Positions 39,025 through 49,159 of a DNA stretch of 64,000 nt are shown in pieces (within the stretch, counting starts at the first letter, position 1; each line of letters starts with the position of its first letter). Under the pieces are notes generated by a model. It was given only the letters and a program-made list of their open reading frames with translations. It had not been told where the DNA came from and searched no databases. Position numbers and translations under genes: made by a program. The DNA is from Candidatus Omnitrophota bacterium (lineage in GTDB: Bacteria > Omnitrophota > Gorgyraeia > Zapsychrales > Fredricksoniimonadaceae): NCBI GenBank assembly GCA_044225175.1, contig JBGAJA010000002.1, positions 728,991 to 792,990 of the forward strand, read 5' to 3'.

Positions 39025-40397
39025 AAAAAAGTCATTATCATTTTATTGGAATCGGTGGAGTCGGTATGGGTGCAGTTGCTTCCTTACTTTTAGCGAAAGG
39101 ACATAAGGTGAGTGGTTCTGATCTAAAAGAAAGTGAATTGACCCAGCAGCTTAAGAAAAATGGAGCTCTTATCACGATTGGACATAGTGCAAGTAATATT
39201 CAAAGTCCTGATTTTATTGTTTATTCTTCCGCCATTAGAATTACTAATCCTGAAATGATTGAATCTGTTAGTCGACAACTCCCTCTTCTTAAAAGAGCAG
39301 AAGTATTGGCTCAATTAGTCAATGAAGAGACAGGTATAACAGTGGCAGGTGCTCATGGAAAGACGACGACGACATCTATGATTTCCTGTCTTTTGGTCAA
39401 TGCAGAATTAAAACCTACAACAGCTGTGGGGGGCATTATTAATGGAAACACTTATAATGCCCATTTGGGTGAAGGTACTTATTTTGTAGCGGAAGTGGAT
39501 GAGAGTGATGGAACATTTTTATATTTTCGTCCGATGTATTCCATTATCACTAATATTGATTTTGAGCACGTCGATTTTTATAAAGATTGGAATGGGATCA
39601 CAGAAGCTTATCGCAAATTTATTGACTTAACTAATGATAAAGGCTGTGTGATAGTCTGTGGAGAGGACGAGAAACTAAGAAGTTTAGTTAAGGCTTCTAA
39701 GAAAAGAACTATGTTTTATGGATTAGATGATTCTTGCGATGTGTGGGCAAAGAATATATCAACAGATGGCTTTAATTCAAAGTTTGAAGTTTATACCAAG
39801 TTTGGGAAATTAGCGGACTTTGAACTCATTGTCCCTGGACATCATAACATTTTGAATGCCTTAGCCAGCATTACACTCGGTTTACAGATTGGAATTGCTG
39901 TGGAGGTGATGCAGAAAACTTTAAAAGAATTTGGAGGAGTTAAACGTCGTTTTCAATTAAAGGGTAAGGTAGATGATGTTATGGTTGTTGATGACTATGG
40001 TCATCATCCTACCGAAATCATTGCTACAATTAATGCGGCAAAACTGTTTAATAAAAAAAGAATTGTGACTGTTTTTCAACCTCACCGGTATTCTAGAACA
40101 AAGTTCTTGCTTAACGAATTTGTCGAAAGTCTTAAATTAACAGATCAACTCATTATTACTGATATTTATGCTGCTAGCGAAAAGCCTTCTGAAGGGGTAG
40201 ATATTAAAAAATTGCTTGAACCATTACAAAAGTTGTTAGGAGATCGTGTGGTTTATCTTAAGAAAGAAAAAATTTTGACTCATTTGAATGGTTTTGTGCA
40301 AAGTGGGGATTTGGTTTTATTTTTGGGAGCAGGGGATATTAATCATTTTTCTGATGAACTCGTCCATATGCTTTCTCAAAGAAAGGTTATGGTATGA
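39021..40397 (+). CDS. murC: UDP-N-acetylmuramate--L-alanine ligase
   Basis: FIGIGGVGMGAVA N-terminus; GAHGKTTTTSM P-loop. Confidence 0.9.
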   Translation: MKKSHYHFIGIGGVGMGAVASLLLAKGHKVSGSDLKESELTQQLKKNGALITIGHSASNIQSPDFIVYSSAIRITNPEMIESVSRQLPLLKRAEVLAQLVNEETGITVAGAHGKTTTTSMISCLLVNAELKPTTAVGGIINGNTYNAHLGEGTYFVAEVDESDGTFLYFRPMYSIITNIDFEHVDFYKDWNGITEAYRKFIDLTNDKGCVIVCGEDEKLRSLVKASKKRTMFYGLDDSCDVWAKNISTDGFNSKFEVYTKFGKLADFELIVPGHHNILNALASITLGLQIGIAVEVMQKTLKEFGGVKRRFQLKGKVDDVMVVDDYGHHPTEIIATINAAKLFNKKRIVTVFQPHRYSRTKFLLNEFVESLKLTDQLIITDIYAASEKPSEGVDIKKLLEPLQKLLGDRVVYLKKEKILTHLNGFVQSGDLVLFLGAGDINHFSDELVHMLSQRKVMV

Positions 40398-41344
40398 GTA
40401 CTTCGCGTTTTGGTAATATTGGTGTATTGATGGGGGGGTATTCTTCAGAAAGAGAAATTTCTTTGCGATCGGGAAATGCAGTGTATGAAGCATTAGCAAC
40501 TGCAGGCTATGCGGTCAAACCTATTGATATTCAAACCAATGATCATCCTAAGATTATTGAAATGATTAAATCTTCAGGAATCAATGTTGCGTTTATTGCT
40601 TTACATGGACGTTTAGGTGAAGATGGACAAATCCAAACGATTTTAGATGAGCTAGACATTCCTTACACAGGTTGTGGTCCTGCAGCTAGTCAGAAAGCTT
40701 TTAACAAAATTACCGCTCAAAGTGCATTTAAGAACGCGGGTCTTTCTGTTCCAGAGAATTTTTTCATTACAAATGGCTCACTTGTGCATTTTAAAGAGGT
40801 CTTTGCGGTTCTAAAAAAATTGCCTTTCGTTGTAAAAGCGGCCTGTGAAGGTTCCAGTATTGGTATCAGTATGGTTCGTCATCCTTCTGCCTGGGAAGGG
40901 GTACTGCGAGATGCATTGTCTTATGGTCCGTATGTAATTGTTGAGAAATATATTAAAGGTCGAGAGGTTACTGCGGGTATTTTTGATGGAGAAGCTTTGC
41001 CTTTAGTCGAGGTTATTAATCGAAATCTTTTATTTGATTATAATTCAAAGTATCAAAAAGGATTAACAGAATATGTGGTGCCCGCAGCTTTTCCGGAAGC
41101 ATTGACTAAAAAGATTCAAGAAATGGCACTTGTTGCATATAAGACTTTAGGATGTGAAGGGTTTGCCAGAATTGATATTCGTATAGATGCTCAGGAACAA
41201 CCATATATATTAGAAATAAATACGATTCCTGGATTTACAGCAACAAGTCTTTTTCCAAAGGCCGCTTTAAAAGCGGGTTATAGCTTTTTAGAGGTATGTG
41301 AAAAATTGTTAGATCTCGCTTATGGCAAAAAAGTCCAACATTAA
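40394..41344 (+). CDS. ddl: D-alanine--D-alanine ligase
   Basis: ATP-grasp; GxxGEDGxxQ (HGRLGEDGQIQ); C-terminal EINTIPG motif. Confidence 0.9.
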   Translation: MSTSRFGNIGVLMGGYSSEREISLRSGNAVYEALATAGYAVKPIDIQTNDHPKIIEMIKSSGINVAFIALHGRLGEDGQIQTILDELDIPYTGCGPAASQKAFNKITAQSAFKNAGLSVPENFFITNGSLVHFKEVFAVLKKLPFVVKAACEGSSIGISMVRHPSAWEGVLRDALSYGPYVIVEKYIKGREVTAGIFDGEALPLVEVINRNLLFDYNSKYQKGLTEYVVPAAFPEALTKKIQEMALVAYKTLGCEGFARIDIRIDAQEQPYILEINTIPGFTATSLFPKAALKAGYSFLEVCEKLLDLAYGKKVQH

Positions 41345-42095
41345 TATTCCAGCTATTGCAGTCATTCGTTTGATTGTTTTTCTTTTAATAGCTGTAATTC
41401 TCTTCTGGCTTTATACTCGAACATTTGATTTTCTTTCAAATTCACAAATGTTTAAGATTAAAGACGTTCTAATTGATCAATCAATTGGCTTTATTGATTT
41501 CAAGCTTTTAACTGGATTGAAAGGGCAGAATATTTTCAATGCAGATTTAAAAAAAATTCACCAGCGCATATCTTCACAGTATCCCCAAATTTCCCAATTA
41601 AGAGTTACCAGGCAAATGCCTGATACGATTAAAATTTTGGCTAAGAAAAGAGATGTCCTTTTACAACTTCAGGCTGCTCACAATAAATATTTAATTGTCG
41701 ATACAGAAGGTGTGACAATGTTTTATACATCAGCTCCCTTAGCCTACCCCATGGTTAAAGGAGTTCCTCTTCAAAGGTATAAAATTATTTTAGGAACAGC
41801 TACCTCAATCAAAGAGTTAAATCTAACGATTGATCTTTTGAAGCAATTAAGACTACATCCCCATACAAGTCGTCTTAAAGTGATGGGTATAGAAGCCTCT
41901 AACGTATCCAAAATAGAATTAACTGTAATGCCTAATATTCAAATTATTATTGATCAAGAGGACCTTGTACAGAAAGTAGAGATGTTAGAGATTCTTTTGC
42001 AAAATGGTAAGATTAATTGGAAGAATGTGAAATATGTGGATATTCGTTTTAAAGAACCTATTATTAACGAAACTATCCCTCAAGATGAAAAATAA
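41322..42095 (+). CDS. ftsQ: Cell division protein FtsQ/DivIB-like
   Basis: N-terminal TM, POTRA-like region, conserved position between ddl and ftsA. Confidence 0.75.
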   Translation: MAKKSNINIPAIAVIRLIVFLLIAVILFWLYTRTFDFLSNSQMFKIKDVLIDQSIGFIDFKLLTGLKGQNIFNADLKKIHQRISSQYPQISQLRVTRQMPDTIKILAKKRDVLLQLQAAHNKYLIVDTEGVTMFYTSAPLAYPMVKGVPLQRYKIILGTATSIKELNLTIDLLKQLRLHPHTSRLKVMGIEASNVSKIELTVMPNIQIIIDQEDLVQKVEMLEILLQNGKINWKNVKYVDIRFKEPIINETIPQDEK

Positions 42096-42106
42096 AGGGT
42101 CTGCTT

Positions 42107-43339
42107 ATGTTGAGAAATATTAAACACAGTAAACATTTTTTAGGTCTTGATCTCGGTTCTCATAGTATTAAAGCAGCACTCGTTAAAGCACAAGATGATA
42201 AGAATTTAGAATTATTAAGTGTCTTTGAATCCCCATCCATAGGTCTTAGAGAAGCTTCTGTTAACGATCTCTCTGAGCTTTCCCAAACTATTCGACGTGT
42301 GGTCGATGGTGTTTGTGAAAGGTCTGCTATTAAACCTCAAGCGTTAAGATTGGGGATAAGTGCAGATCTATTATCGGTACGTCGATCTTCAGCCATTGTC
42401 CCTTTGGTTGATGCAGGAACTAAGGTAGTTGCTCCCTCAGATATAAGAAAAGTCAATCATCAGGCCCGTCTTTTGGGGGTTGCGATTGATGAAGAGATTG
42501 TCCATGACTTCGAGCAGTATTATAAAGTAGATGATGCTAATGTAGCTTTGAATCCTATGGGACTCTATGGCCGTAAAGTTGAATCTAATCTTTTGCTTTT
42601 AACAGCTAATTCAGCCCGCCTACGAAATATGACAAAGGCTGTTCATCAAGCAGGTTTGGATGTGCAAAGAGTTTCTCTTTCAAGCTATGCGGCCAGTCAG
42701 GTTGCTATGGATGAAAATTTAAAGAAAGATGGCTGCGCCTTGATTGATATAGGGGCTCATATGACGACCGTATTGTTTTTTAAGAATGGCATTGTGGCGG
42801 ATGCTCAATTTATTCGTTGGGGAGGAAACTTTATTACTCAAAGTATTTCAGATCGTTTGAGTCTAACTCTAGAGCTAGCAGAAGAGATCAAGAAAACTCA
42901 TGCGGTGGCCACTAAATTAACAACCACAGAGATTACTGGCGATATTTTAGTGAAAAGAGATAAAGGCTATGTGCCAATTCGACGACAAACAGTCTGTGAA
43001 GCTGTTGAGTGGGAAGTCGAGAATTTGATGACCCATTTAGAAACTGTTTTAAAAGGCAGTGGATTCTTTCATCAATTAAATCGAGGAGCTGTAGTTGTAG
43101 GCGGTACAGCTCTTTTGCCTGGGCTTATTGAGCGAATTGAACAAATGACTAATTTAAATGTGAGTTTGGGAATCGCAACAAAGGGCTTACAGAATCCATC
43201 CATTTTTGCAGGAGCGATTGGTTTAGCACAGATGAATTATACTCAAAAGAAAATAGAAGAAGTGAATCTAAACACCACCAAAAGTTGGGTGAAGAAAGCA
43301 TTTACAAAGTTTGAAGAAGTATGTCAGGAGTACTTTTAA
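42107..43339 (+). CDS. ftsA: Cell division protein FtsA (actin-like ATPase)
   Basis: GLDLGSHSIKAALV phosphate-1 motif, IDIGAHMTTV, GGTALLPGL; C-terminal amphipathic helix (WVKKAFTKFEEV). Confidence 0.8.
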   Translation: MLRNIKHSKHFLGLDLGSHSIKAALVKAQDDKNLELLSVFESPSIGLREASVNDLSELSQTIRRVVDGVCERSAIKPQALRLGISADLLSVRRSSAIVPLVDAGTKVVAPSDIRKVNHQARLLGVAIDEEIVHDFEQYYKVDDANVALNPMGLYGRKVESNLLLLTANSARLRNMTKAVHQAGLDVQRVSLSSYAASQVAMDENLKKDGCALIDIGAHMTTVLFFKNGIVADAQFIRWGGNFITQSISDRLSLTLELAEEIKKTHAVATKLTTTEITGDILVKRDKGYVPIRRQTVCEAVEWEVENLMTHLETVLKGSGFFHQLNRGAVVVGGTALLPGLIERIEQMTNLNVSLGIATKGLQNPSIFAGAIGLAQMNYTQKKIEEVNLNTTKSWVKKAFTKFEEVCQEYF

Positions 43340-43695
43340 TGGTCTTTAGGTTTTTGATCATTGCGTCGATGGCTTAAATTGAAATCAATGTTCTTAAGCA
43401 CACTGCGAAGTTTTAAAATGCTGCTAAAAATATATAGAATCCAAAATGAATTAAAAAGTAGAAGAATCACAATTAAAAGAGTATTGACTGTTTGAGCCAT
43501 TAATAGTTTTTCAAGGATAGTGCTTTTTTGAGCATCAATACTTACATCAATGATTTTAAGCGAATTTGCAAATGTAGCTACAAAGATAATAACGAGGATG
43601 AATTCAAAAAATAAAAGGTAGAAGTGGCGGACAATCCATTGTGCAGAGCGATTGTCCCATTGGCGAATCTTATTCATAAAGTCTTGATAGCTCAT
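43336..43695 (-). CDS. Small hypothetical membrane protein (2 TM)
   Basis: 119-aa ORF convergent with ftsA; two hydrophobic segments; no motifs. Confidence 0.45.
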   Translation of the reverse strand: MSYQDFMNKIRQWDNRSAQWIVRHFYLLFFEFILVIIFVATFANSLKIIDVSIDAQKSTILEKLLMAQTVNTLLIVILLLFNSFWILYIFSSILKLRSVLKNIDFNLSHRRNDQKPKDH

Positions 43696-43758
43696 TTGAG
43701 TTCCTTTTTAAGTATTCTAATGAGCTTTTATATTGCAGCAATAGAAAAATTAAGAACT

Positions 43759-44328
43759 ATGTATATTAAATCCATAATTTATATTTTTTTAGCAGGGACC
43801 TTATTTTCTGGCTGTATGAAACCTCCTTCTAGTACAGGTAGTTTAGGTTTTGCAGATACAAGACGAATCGTTATTGTTGGAGAAAATGTAAATTCTGATA
43901 TTGCTGGCTATTATCAAAAGAAATATGACGCACTGGTTTGGTTTACTCCTTTTCAAGGAAGAATTGCTTATAAAGCCCATAATCTTTTGCAAAGCGGTAT
44001 TGGGCCTAGCGTAGGAATGCGTAGCCTCATAAGAGAATTAAAAAGTATCAATTATTCGATTGGACAATGGCAGATCTTTGTTCCCGGAATTGCAGAGAAC
44101 TATTTTCTAGCGACTTTAAAAAGTATGGAGGATCATAGTTTATCTAAGGCGAGGGGGATGGTTGTTTTGATTGATTCTAAGGGCAATAAAGATATAGAGA
44201 TTTACTTAAAACGTGTAACAGATGGCAGTTTCTTTGTAAATTACGAATTTGGTAAAGATGTTAATGTGTCTGAAGATTCGGGGAATGAAAAAAGCGCGCC
44301 TGAGAGGGATCGAACCTCTAACCCTTAG
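43759..44328 (+). CDS. Hypothetical lipoprotein
   Basis: MYIKSIIYIFLAGTLFSGC lipobox. The ATG at 43759 is preferred to the ORF-track start at 43624. The 3' end overlaps the antisense tRNA-Arg by about 34 nt. Confidence 0.5.
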   Translation: MYIKSIIYIFLAGTLFSGCMKPPSSTGSLGFADTRRIVIVGENVNSDIAGYYQKKYDALVWFTPFQGRIAYKAHNLLQSGIGPSVGMRSLIRELKSINYSIGQWQIFVPGIAENYFLATLKSMEDHSLSKARGMVVLIDSKGNKDIEIYLKRVTDGSFFVNYEFGKDVNVSEDSGNEKSAPERDRTSNP

Positions 44329-44368
44329 TTCCGAAGACTAATGCTCTATCCAATTGAGCTACAGGCGC
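44295..44368 (-). tRNA. tRNA-Arg (anticodon TCG)
   Basis: Reverse complement folds as acceptor GCGCCTG/CAGGCGC, D stem GCTC/GAGC, anticodon stem TTAGT/ACTAA with loop CTTCGGA, T stem AGAGG/CCTCT with loop TTCGATC. 74 nt. Confidence 0.8.
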
Positions 44369-44452
44369 ATAAGAAGGGTATAATCTAGCACGTCCTTATC
44401 ATCCCTTAAAGGAAAAATTTTGGCATTACTGTAATAGTGTTGAAAGGATTAA

Positions 44453-44806
44453 ATGATAAATTCATACGGAGCGAGGGATCATCGCAATGAACAGCGTAAA
44501 GATCCGCGAGTTGTATCGGAGTTGCCTGCTAGTATAAGTGTGGGATCGCAACTCACAGTGCAGGGGGTCCTCAAAGATCTTTCCTTAAAAAGCGCCTTTA
44601 TCAAGATTAAGAATAATATCTTTCTTAAATCCAGCGATGAAATTGGTTTTACTATTCAGTGCTCAGAGAATGTTAATGATGTCATCCAAGGTTTGGCTCG
44701 CGTTTCGCGCGTTGCTGTAGGAGAAGGCCTTGTGATTTATTTTATTAAGATGGATGAGGCTTCTCTTGTCCGTCTCAAGAAGCATCTTCAAAAATCAGGT
44801 GCGTAA
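44453..44806 (+). CDS. PilZ-like domain protein
   Basis: RNEQR (RxxxR) and DLSLKS (DxSxxG-like, G replaced by S) about 30 aa apart; 117 aa. Confidence 0.45.
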   Translation: MINSYGARDHRNEQRKDPRVVSELPASISVGSQLTVQGVLKDLSLKSAFIKIKNNIFLKSSDEIGFTIQCSENVNDVIQGLARVSRVAVGEGLVIYFIKMDEASLVRLKKHLQKSGA

Positions 44807-44847
44807 GCAGTTTGACTTATTAGAAAAATTTGTTATAGTTCTGCCAA

Positions 44848-45948
44848 ATGCAAACACAAGAAACACTTCATAATACCCCTTTAGTTGATGAACATATTGC
44901 ACTCGGGGCCAAAATGGTTGGTTTTGGAGGGTGGAACATGCCATTGCAATATGAAGGCATTATCGCTGAGTGGGACCATAATCGAAAAACGTGTTCGTTA
45001 TTTGATTGTTCTCATATGGGTGAATTTCTTGTTATTGGGGATGCAAAAGAGTCTGGACTAGAAAATATTGTTACGCAACGTTTGAGTGATATGCCTCTTA
45101 AAACATGCCGCTATGGGGCTATGTTAAATGCTCAAGGTGGGGTGATTGATGATTTGATTGTATATCGCAAAGATACCCAAGAATGGATGATTGTAGTGAA
45201 TGCCTCTAATATAGAGAAGAATGTATCTCATTTCAAAGTCCATTTGACATCCAAAGCAGTATTCAAAGATATTTCATTTCAAACAGCCAAGCTTGATCTT
45301 CAAGGGCCACGCTCACGTGAGATTTTAAAAGATTTTGTGCCAGAGATTTCTAAATTAGAGTATTACACTTTCGATGAATTTGTATTATTAGGAGAAAAGT
45401 GTTTGATTAGTCGCACAGGTTATACCGGCGAGTTGGGCTATGAAATTTATTACCCTTGGGAAAAATCAAAAGAATTGTGGCGCGCAATTTTAAAAAATGA
45501 TACAGTCAAACCCACTGGCTTAGGAGTTCGCGATGTTTTGCGAATTGAGATGTGTTACAGCCTCTACGGGCATGAATTAGAAGAACATATTTCACCTTTG
45601 CAGGCAGGATTAAATAAGTTTACTGATTTTGAGAAAGATTTTATTGGTAAAGAGGCGCTTTTAAAAGAAAAAGCAAATGGCGTTACAAAAACAATCGGAT
45701 GCATATCCTCCGAATCCCGACGAAGCCCTCGCCAAGGACACAAAATTTTTGATGCAAATAAGAATGTGATCGGGGAAGTGACCAGTGGGACATTTTCACC
45801 AGGACTACAGTTGGGAATAGGTTTAGGATTTCTTGATATTGCAAATAATGTGGTAGGAAATAAAGTCTCCTTCGGGGATGATAAAATTCAATCACCTGCA
45901 ACTATTATCAAAAGACCTTTTTATAAAAACGGAACTTTAAAGCACTAA
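44848..45948 (+). CDS. gcvT: Glycine cleavage system aminomethyltransferase T
   Basis: 366 aa; LFDCSHMGE, RTGYTGELGYEI motifs. Confidence 0.9.
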   Translation: MQTQETLHNTPLVDEHIALGAKMVGFGGWNMPLQYEGIIAEWDHNRKTCSLFDCSHMGEFLVIGDAKESGLENIVTQRLSDMPLKTCRYGAMLNAQGGVIDDLIVYRKDTQEWMIVVNASNIEKNVSHFKVHLTSKAVFKDISFQTAKLDLQGPRSREILKDFVPEISKLEYYTFDEFVLLGEKCLISRTGYTGELGYEIYYPWEKSKELWRAILKNDTVKPTGLGVRDVLRIEMCYSLYGHELEEHISPLQAGLNKFTDFEKDFIGKEALLKEKANGVTKTIGCISSESRRSPRQGHKIFDANKNVIGEVTSGTFSPGLQLGIGLGFLDIANNVVGNKVSFGDDKIQSPATIIKRPFYKNGTLKH

Positions 45949-45960
45949 AAGGAAAACGTT

Positions 45961-46347
45961 ATGGAAATCATTGATCATTATCTTTACACGAAAGAACATG
46001 AATGGATCAGTATCGAAGATAATATCGGGACAATCGGTATTACTGATTATGCGCAGAATGCTCTAGGAGATATTACCTACGTGGAATTGCCTCAAGAAGA
46101 TCAAGAAGTCGATCAGTTCGAACAATTTGTTTCTCTTGAATCAGTTAAGGCTGCATCCGATATTTTTTCTCCAATGTCAGGTCGCGTTATTGAAATTAAT
46201 GAAAAGCTCGAAGAGAATCCCGGTTTAATTAATAAAAGTTGTTTTGATAAAGGATGGATTGCAAAGATTGAAATCAAAGATATGGAAGAATCTTCCAATT
46301 TGATGTCCGCTGATGATTATCGCGCTTATCTAGAATCCCTCGAATAA
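45961..46347 (+). CDS. gcvH: Glycine cleavage system H protein
   Basis: ESVKAASD lipoyl-lysine motif; 128 aa. Confidence 0.95.
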   Translation: MEIIDHYLYTKEHEWISIEDNIGTIGITDYAQNALGDITYVELPQEDQEVDQFEQFVSLESVKAASDIFSPMSGRVIEINEKLEENPGLINKSCFDKGWIAKIEIKDMEESSNLMSADDYRAYLESLE

Positions 46348-46364
46348 AGAATTTAGGAACACCA

Positions 46365-47705
46365 GTGAATCCGTATATCACTAATACTGACTCTGAAGTC
46401 AAAGAGATGCTCAAAACAATTGGCGTTAAGTCAATTGATGAGCTTTTTGCTGATATTAAACCAGAGAATCGTCCCAAATCCTTCAATCTTCCAGAAGGTA
46501 AATCTGAATTTGAAGTTCTAAGCACATTAACTAAGTTATCTTTAAAGAACAATGTCTATCTAACGCCTTTTATTGGTGGTGGGTATTATGATCATTATGT
46601 TCCCACTGCTGTGGGCTCTCTTATTTCTCGAGGAGAATTCTATACAGCCTACACCCCTTATCAGCCAGAATGCGCTCAAGGAACCTTACAGGCGCTTTTT
46701 GAATATCAAAGTCATATGTGTGCCTTGACAGGTATGGAAATATCCAATGCCTCATTGTACGACGGAGGAACAGCTCTTTATGAGGCTATGATGATGGCGA
46801 TCCGTATCACAGGTCGTGATAAAGTGATCATGGATGGCGGTGTGAGTCCTATTTATCGAAAGATTTTAAAAACATATACACATCATTTGCATTTTCAATT
46901 CGAAGAAACGCCTGTTGTTCATGGGCAAAGTTCTCGGGTTGAAATTGAAAAACTATTAGACCAAAAAACGGCTGTATTGATACTACAAAATCCAAATTTC
47001 TTTGGAGCCATTGATGACTTTACCGACATTATTGAGAAAGCTCATGCCAAGGGAATTTTGGTTATTGTGAGTGTTTACCCTATTTCTTTAGGTCTTCTTA
47101 AGACTCCTGCTGATATGGGAGCGGATATTGTCACAGGTGAAGGTCAGTCTTTAGGTTTATCTTTGAACTTTGGTGGTCCTTATTTGGGTTTTATGTGTAC
47201 CAAAAAACAGTATGTACGCAAAATGCCAGGGCGTATCGTTGGTCAAACAGTTGATTCGAATGGTAAGAGATGTTTTGTCAATACACTTCAAGCTCGAGAG
47301 CAACATATTCGCCGAGAGAAAGCTACTTCCAATATTTGTACGAATGTATCTTTGTGTGCCACCCAGGCTGCAATTTTTATGTCAATGATTGGCCGCGATG
47401 GTTTAAAAGAAATGGCTCAGCTTAATTTGGATAAGGCTGAATATGCTAAACAATGCTTAGAGAAAATCAAAGGTGTAGAAGTCAAGCGTTCATCTCCAAC
47501 ATTTAATGAATTTACTGTACTGTTACCTAAAGATGCTTCTGATGTGGTTGGTAAAATGATTGAAAAAGGTTTTGCTGCAGGGTTTCCTTTGGGACGATAT
47601 TATCCAGGTATGGAAAAATACTTGCTGGTTGCTGTCACAGAAAAACGTACTAAGCAAGAAATTGATAACTACGCAAAAGCATTACAGGAAGTACTATGGA
47701 GTTAA
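46365..47705 (+). CDS. gcvPA: Glycine dehydrogenase (decarboxylating) subunit 1
   Basis: Split P-protein N-terminal half; FIGGGYYDHYVP, TPYQPECAQG motifs. Confidence 0.9.
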   Translation: MNPYITNTDSEVKEMLKTIGVKSIDELFADIKPENRPKSFNLPEGKSEFEVLSTLTKLSLKNNVYLTPFIGGGYYDHYVPTAVGSLISRGEFYTAYTPYQPECAQGTLQALFEYQSHMCALTGMEISNASLYDGGTALYEAMMMAIRITGRDKVIMDGGVSPIYRKILKTYTHHLHFQFEETPVVHGQSSRVEIEKLLDQKTAVLILQNPNFFGAIDDFTDIIEKAHAKGILVIVSVYPISLGLLKTPADMGADIVTGEGQSLGLSLNFGGPYLGFMCTKKQYVRKMPGRIVGQTVDSNGKRCFVNTLQAREQHIRREKATSNICTNVSLCATQAAIFMSMIGRDGLKEMAQLNLDKAEYAKQCLEKIKGVEVKRSSPTFNEFTVLLPKDASDVVGKMIEKGFAAGFPLGRYYPGMEKYLLVAVTEKRTKQEIDNYAKALQEVLWS

Positions 47706-49159
47706 TCTTCGAAAAATCAGTAGAGGGACGTCGGGGATTTCGTTTTGGAAAATCCGATGTGCCTGTGTCTGTTAAAACGCCTCAAAAGTATGCGCGTAAG
47801 ACAGATGCGCCGCTTTCTCAAGTCTCTGAGTTAGACGTTGTCCGTCACTATACTTTGTTATCCCAGCGTAATTTCTCAATTGATACCCATTTTTATCCTT
47901 TGGGGTCATGTACTATGAAGTACAATCCTAAGTTTACTGAAGCTATCGCTCGTTTAGCTGGTTTTGCAGATTTGCATCCTTTATTGCCTCAATTATCCGG
48001 TGGAGAAAAGTTAACACAAGGCGCTTTAGAGGTGCTTTTCGAGATTGAGCGCTGGATGTGTGAGATGACAGGGTTTACAGCGTTTACTCTTCAACCATTG
48101 GCTGGTGCTCACGGAGAATTGACAGGAATTATGCTGATGGCTGCCTATCACAAGGCTAAAGGCAATACTAAGAAGAAATACGTCATTATTCCTGATTCTG
48201 CTCATGGAACTAATCCTGCTAGCGCAGCGGTGGCTGGATATGAGACCATTTCTATTCCATCCAATAAGAATGGTGGAATGGATATTGAAGCTCTCAAAAA
48301 AGCAATTAATGATGAAGTAGCTGGGTTGATGATGACTGTTCCATCCACCTATGGTGTTTTTGAGTCTGATGTTCAAGAGATAGCTAAGTTAATTCATTCA
48401 GTTGATGGTATTATGTATTATGATGGGGCGAATCTTAATGCAGTTCTGGGGCGCTGTCGGCCTGGAGATTTAGGGTTCGATGTCATGCATATTAATACTC
48501 ATAAAACCTTCACAACGCCTCACGGCGGTGGCGGTCCAGGTGCTGGTCCTGTTGGGGTGAATGCGAAGCTCGAGAAATTTTTGCCTGTATCACGCGTGGT
48601 TAAGAAAGCTGATGGAGGCTTTTCTTTGAGCTATGATTTTCCAGAATCAATCGGTTACGTGGCTTCATTTTATGGAAACTTTGCATTATTGCTGCGTGCG
48701 TATGCTTATATGATGATGTTGGGTAAAGAGGGGTTAAAGCAGACAACCGATCATGCGGTTTTAAACGCTAATTACATCATGATGAGGCTTAAAGATCATT
48801 ATAAACTCTGTTTTGACCGCTTATGTATGCATGAAAGTGTTTTTTCAGCTACTTTGCAAGCTCAAAGGGGTGTTCATGCCATCGATATTGCTAAATTTTT
48901 GATTGATCAAAAGATTCATCCTCCGACGGTGTACTTCCCAATTAGTGTGCCTGAGGCAATTATGATTGAGCCAACTGAAACAGAATCCAAGCAAACCATG
49001 GATTTCTTTATCGATAAAATGATTGAAGCAGATGAAATGTCTAAAACCAATCCTTCAGTTTTTCATGATTTTCCTAAAACCATGCCTATCACAAGGCCTG
49101 ATGAGGTGAAGGCTGCTAGGGATGTAAAAACTAGCTTTTTCTTACCCGATGCAGCTTAA
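47696..49159 (+). CDS. gcvPB: Glycine dehydrogenase (decarboxylating) subunit 2
   Basis: PLP-binding region HINTHKTFTTPHGGGGPG (Lys) typical of GcvPB. Confidence 0.9.
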   Translation: MELIFEKSVEGRRGFRFGKSDVPVSVKTPQKYARKTDAPLSQVSELDVVRHYTLLSQRNFSIDTHFYPLGSCTMKYNPKFTEAIARLAGFADLHPLLPQLSGGEKLTQGALEVLFEIERWMCEMTGFTAFTLQPLAGAHGELTGIMLMAAYHKAKGNTKKKYVIIPDSAHGTNPASAAVAGYETISIPSNKNGGMDIEALKKAINDEVAGLMMTVPSTYGVFESDVQEIAKLIHSVDGIMYYDGANLNAVLGRCRPGDLGFDVMHINTHKTFTTPHGGGGPGAGPVGVNAKLEKFLPVSRVVKKADGGFSLSYDFPESIGYVASFYGNFALLLRAYAYMMMLGKEGLKQTTDHAVLNANYIMMRLKDHYKLCFDRLCMHESVFSATLQAQRGVHAIDIAKFLIDQKIHPPTVYFPISVPEAIMIEPTETESKQTMDFFIDKMIEADEMSKTNPSVFHDFPKTMPITRPDEVKAARDVKTSFFLPDAA

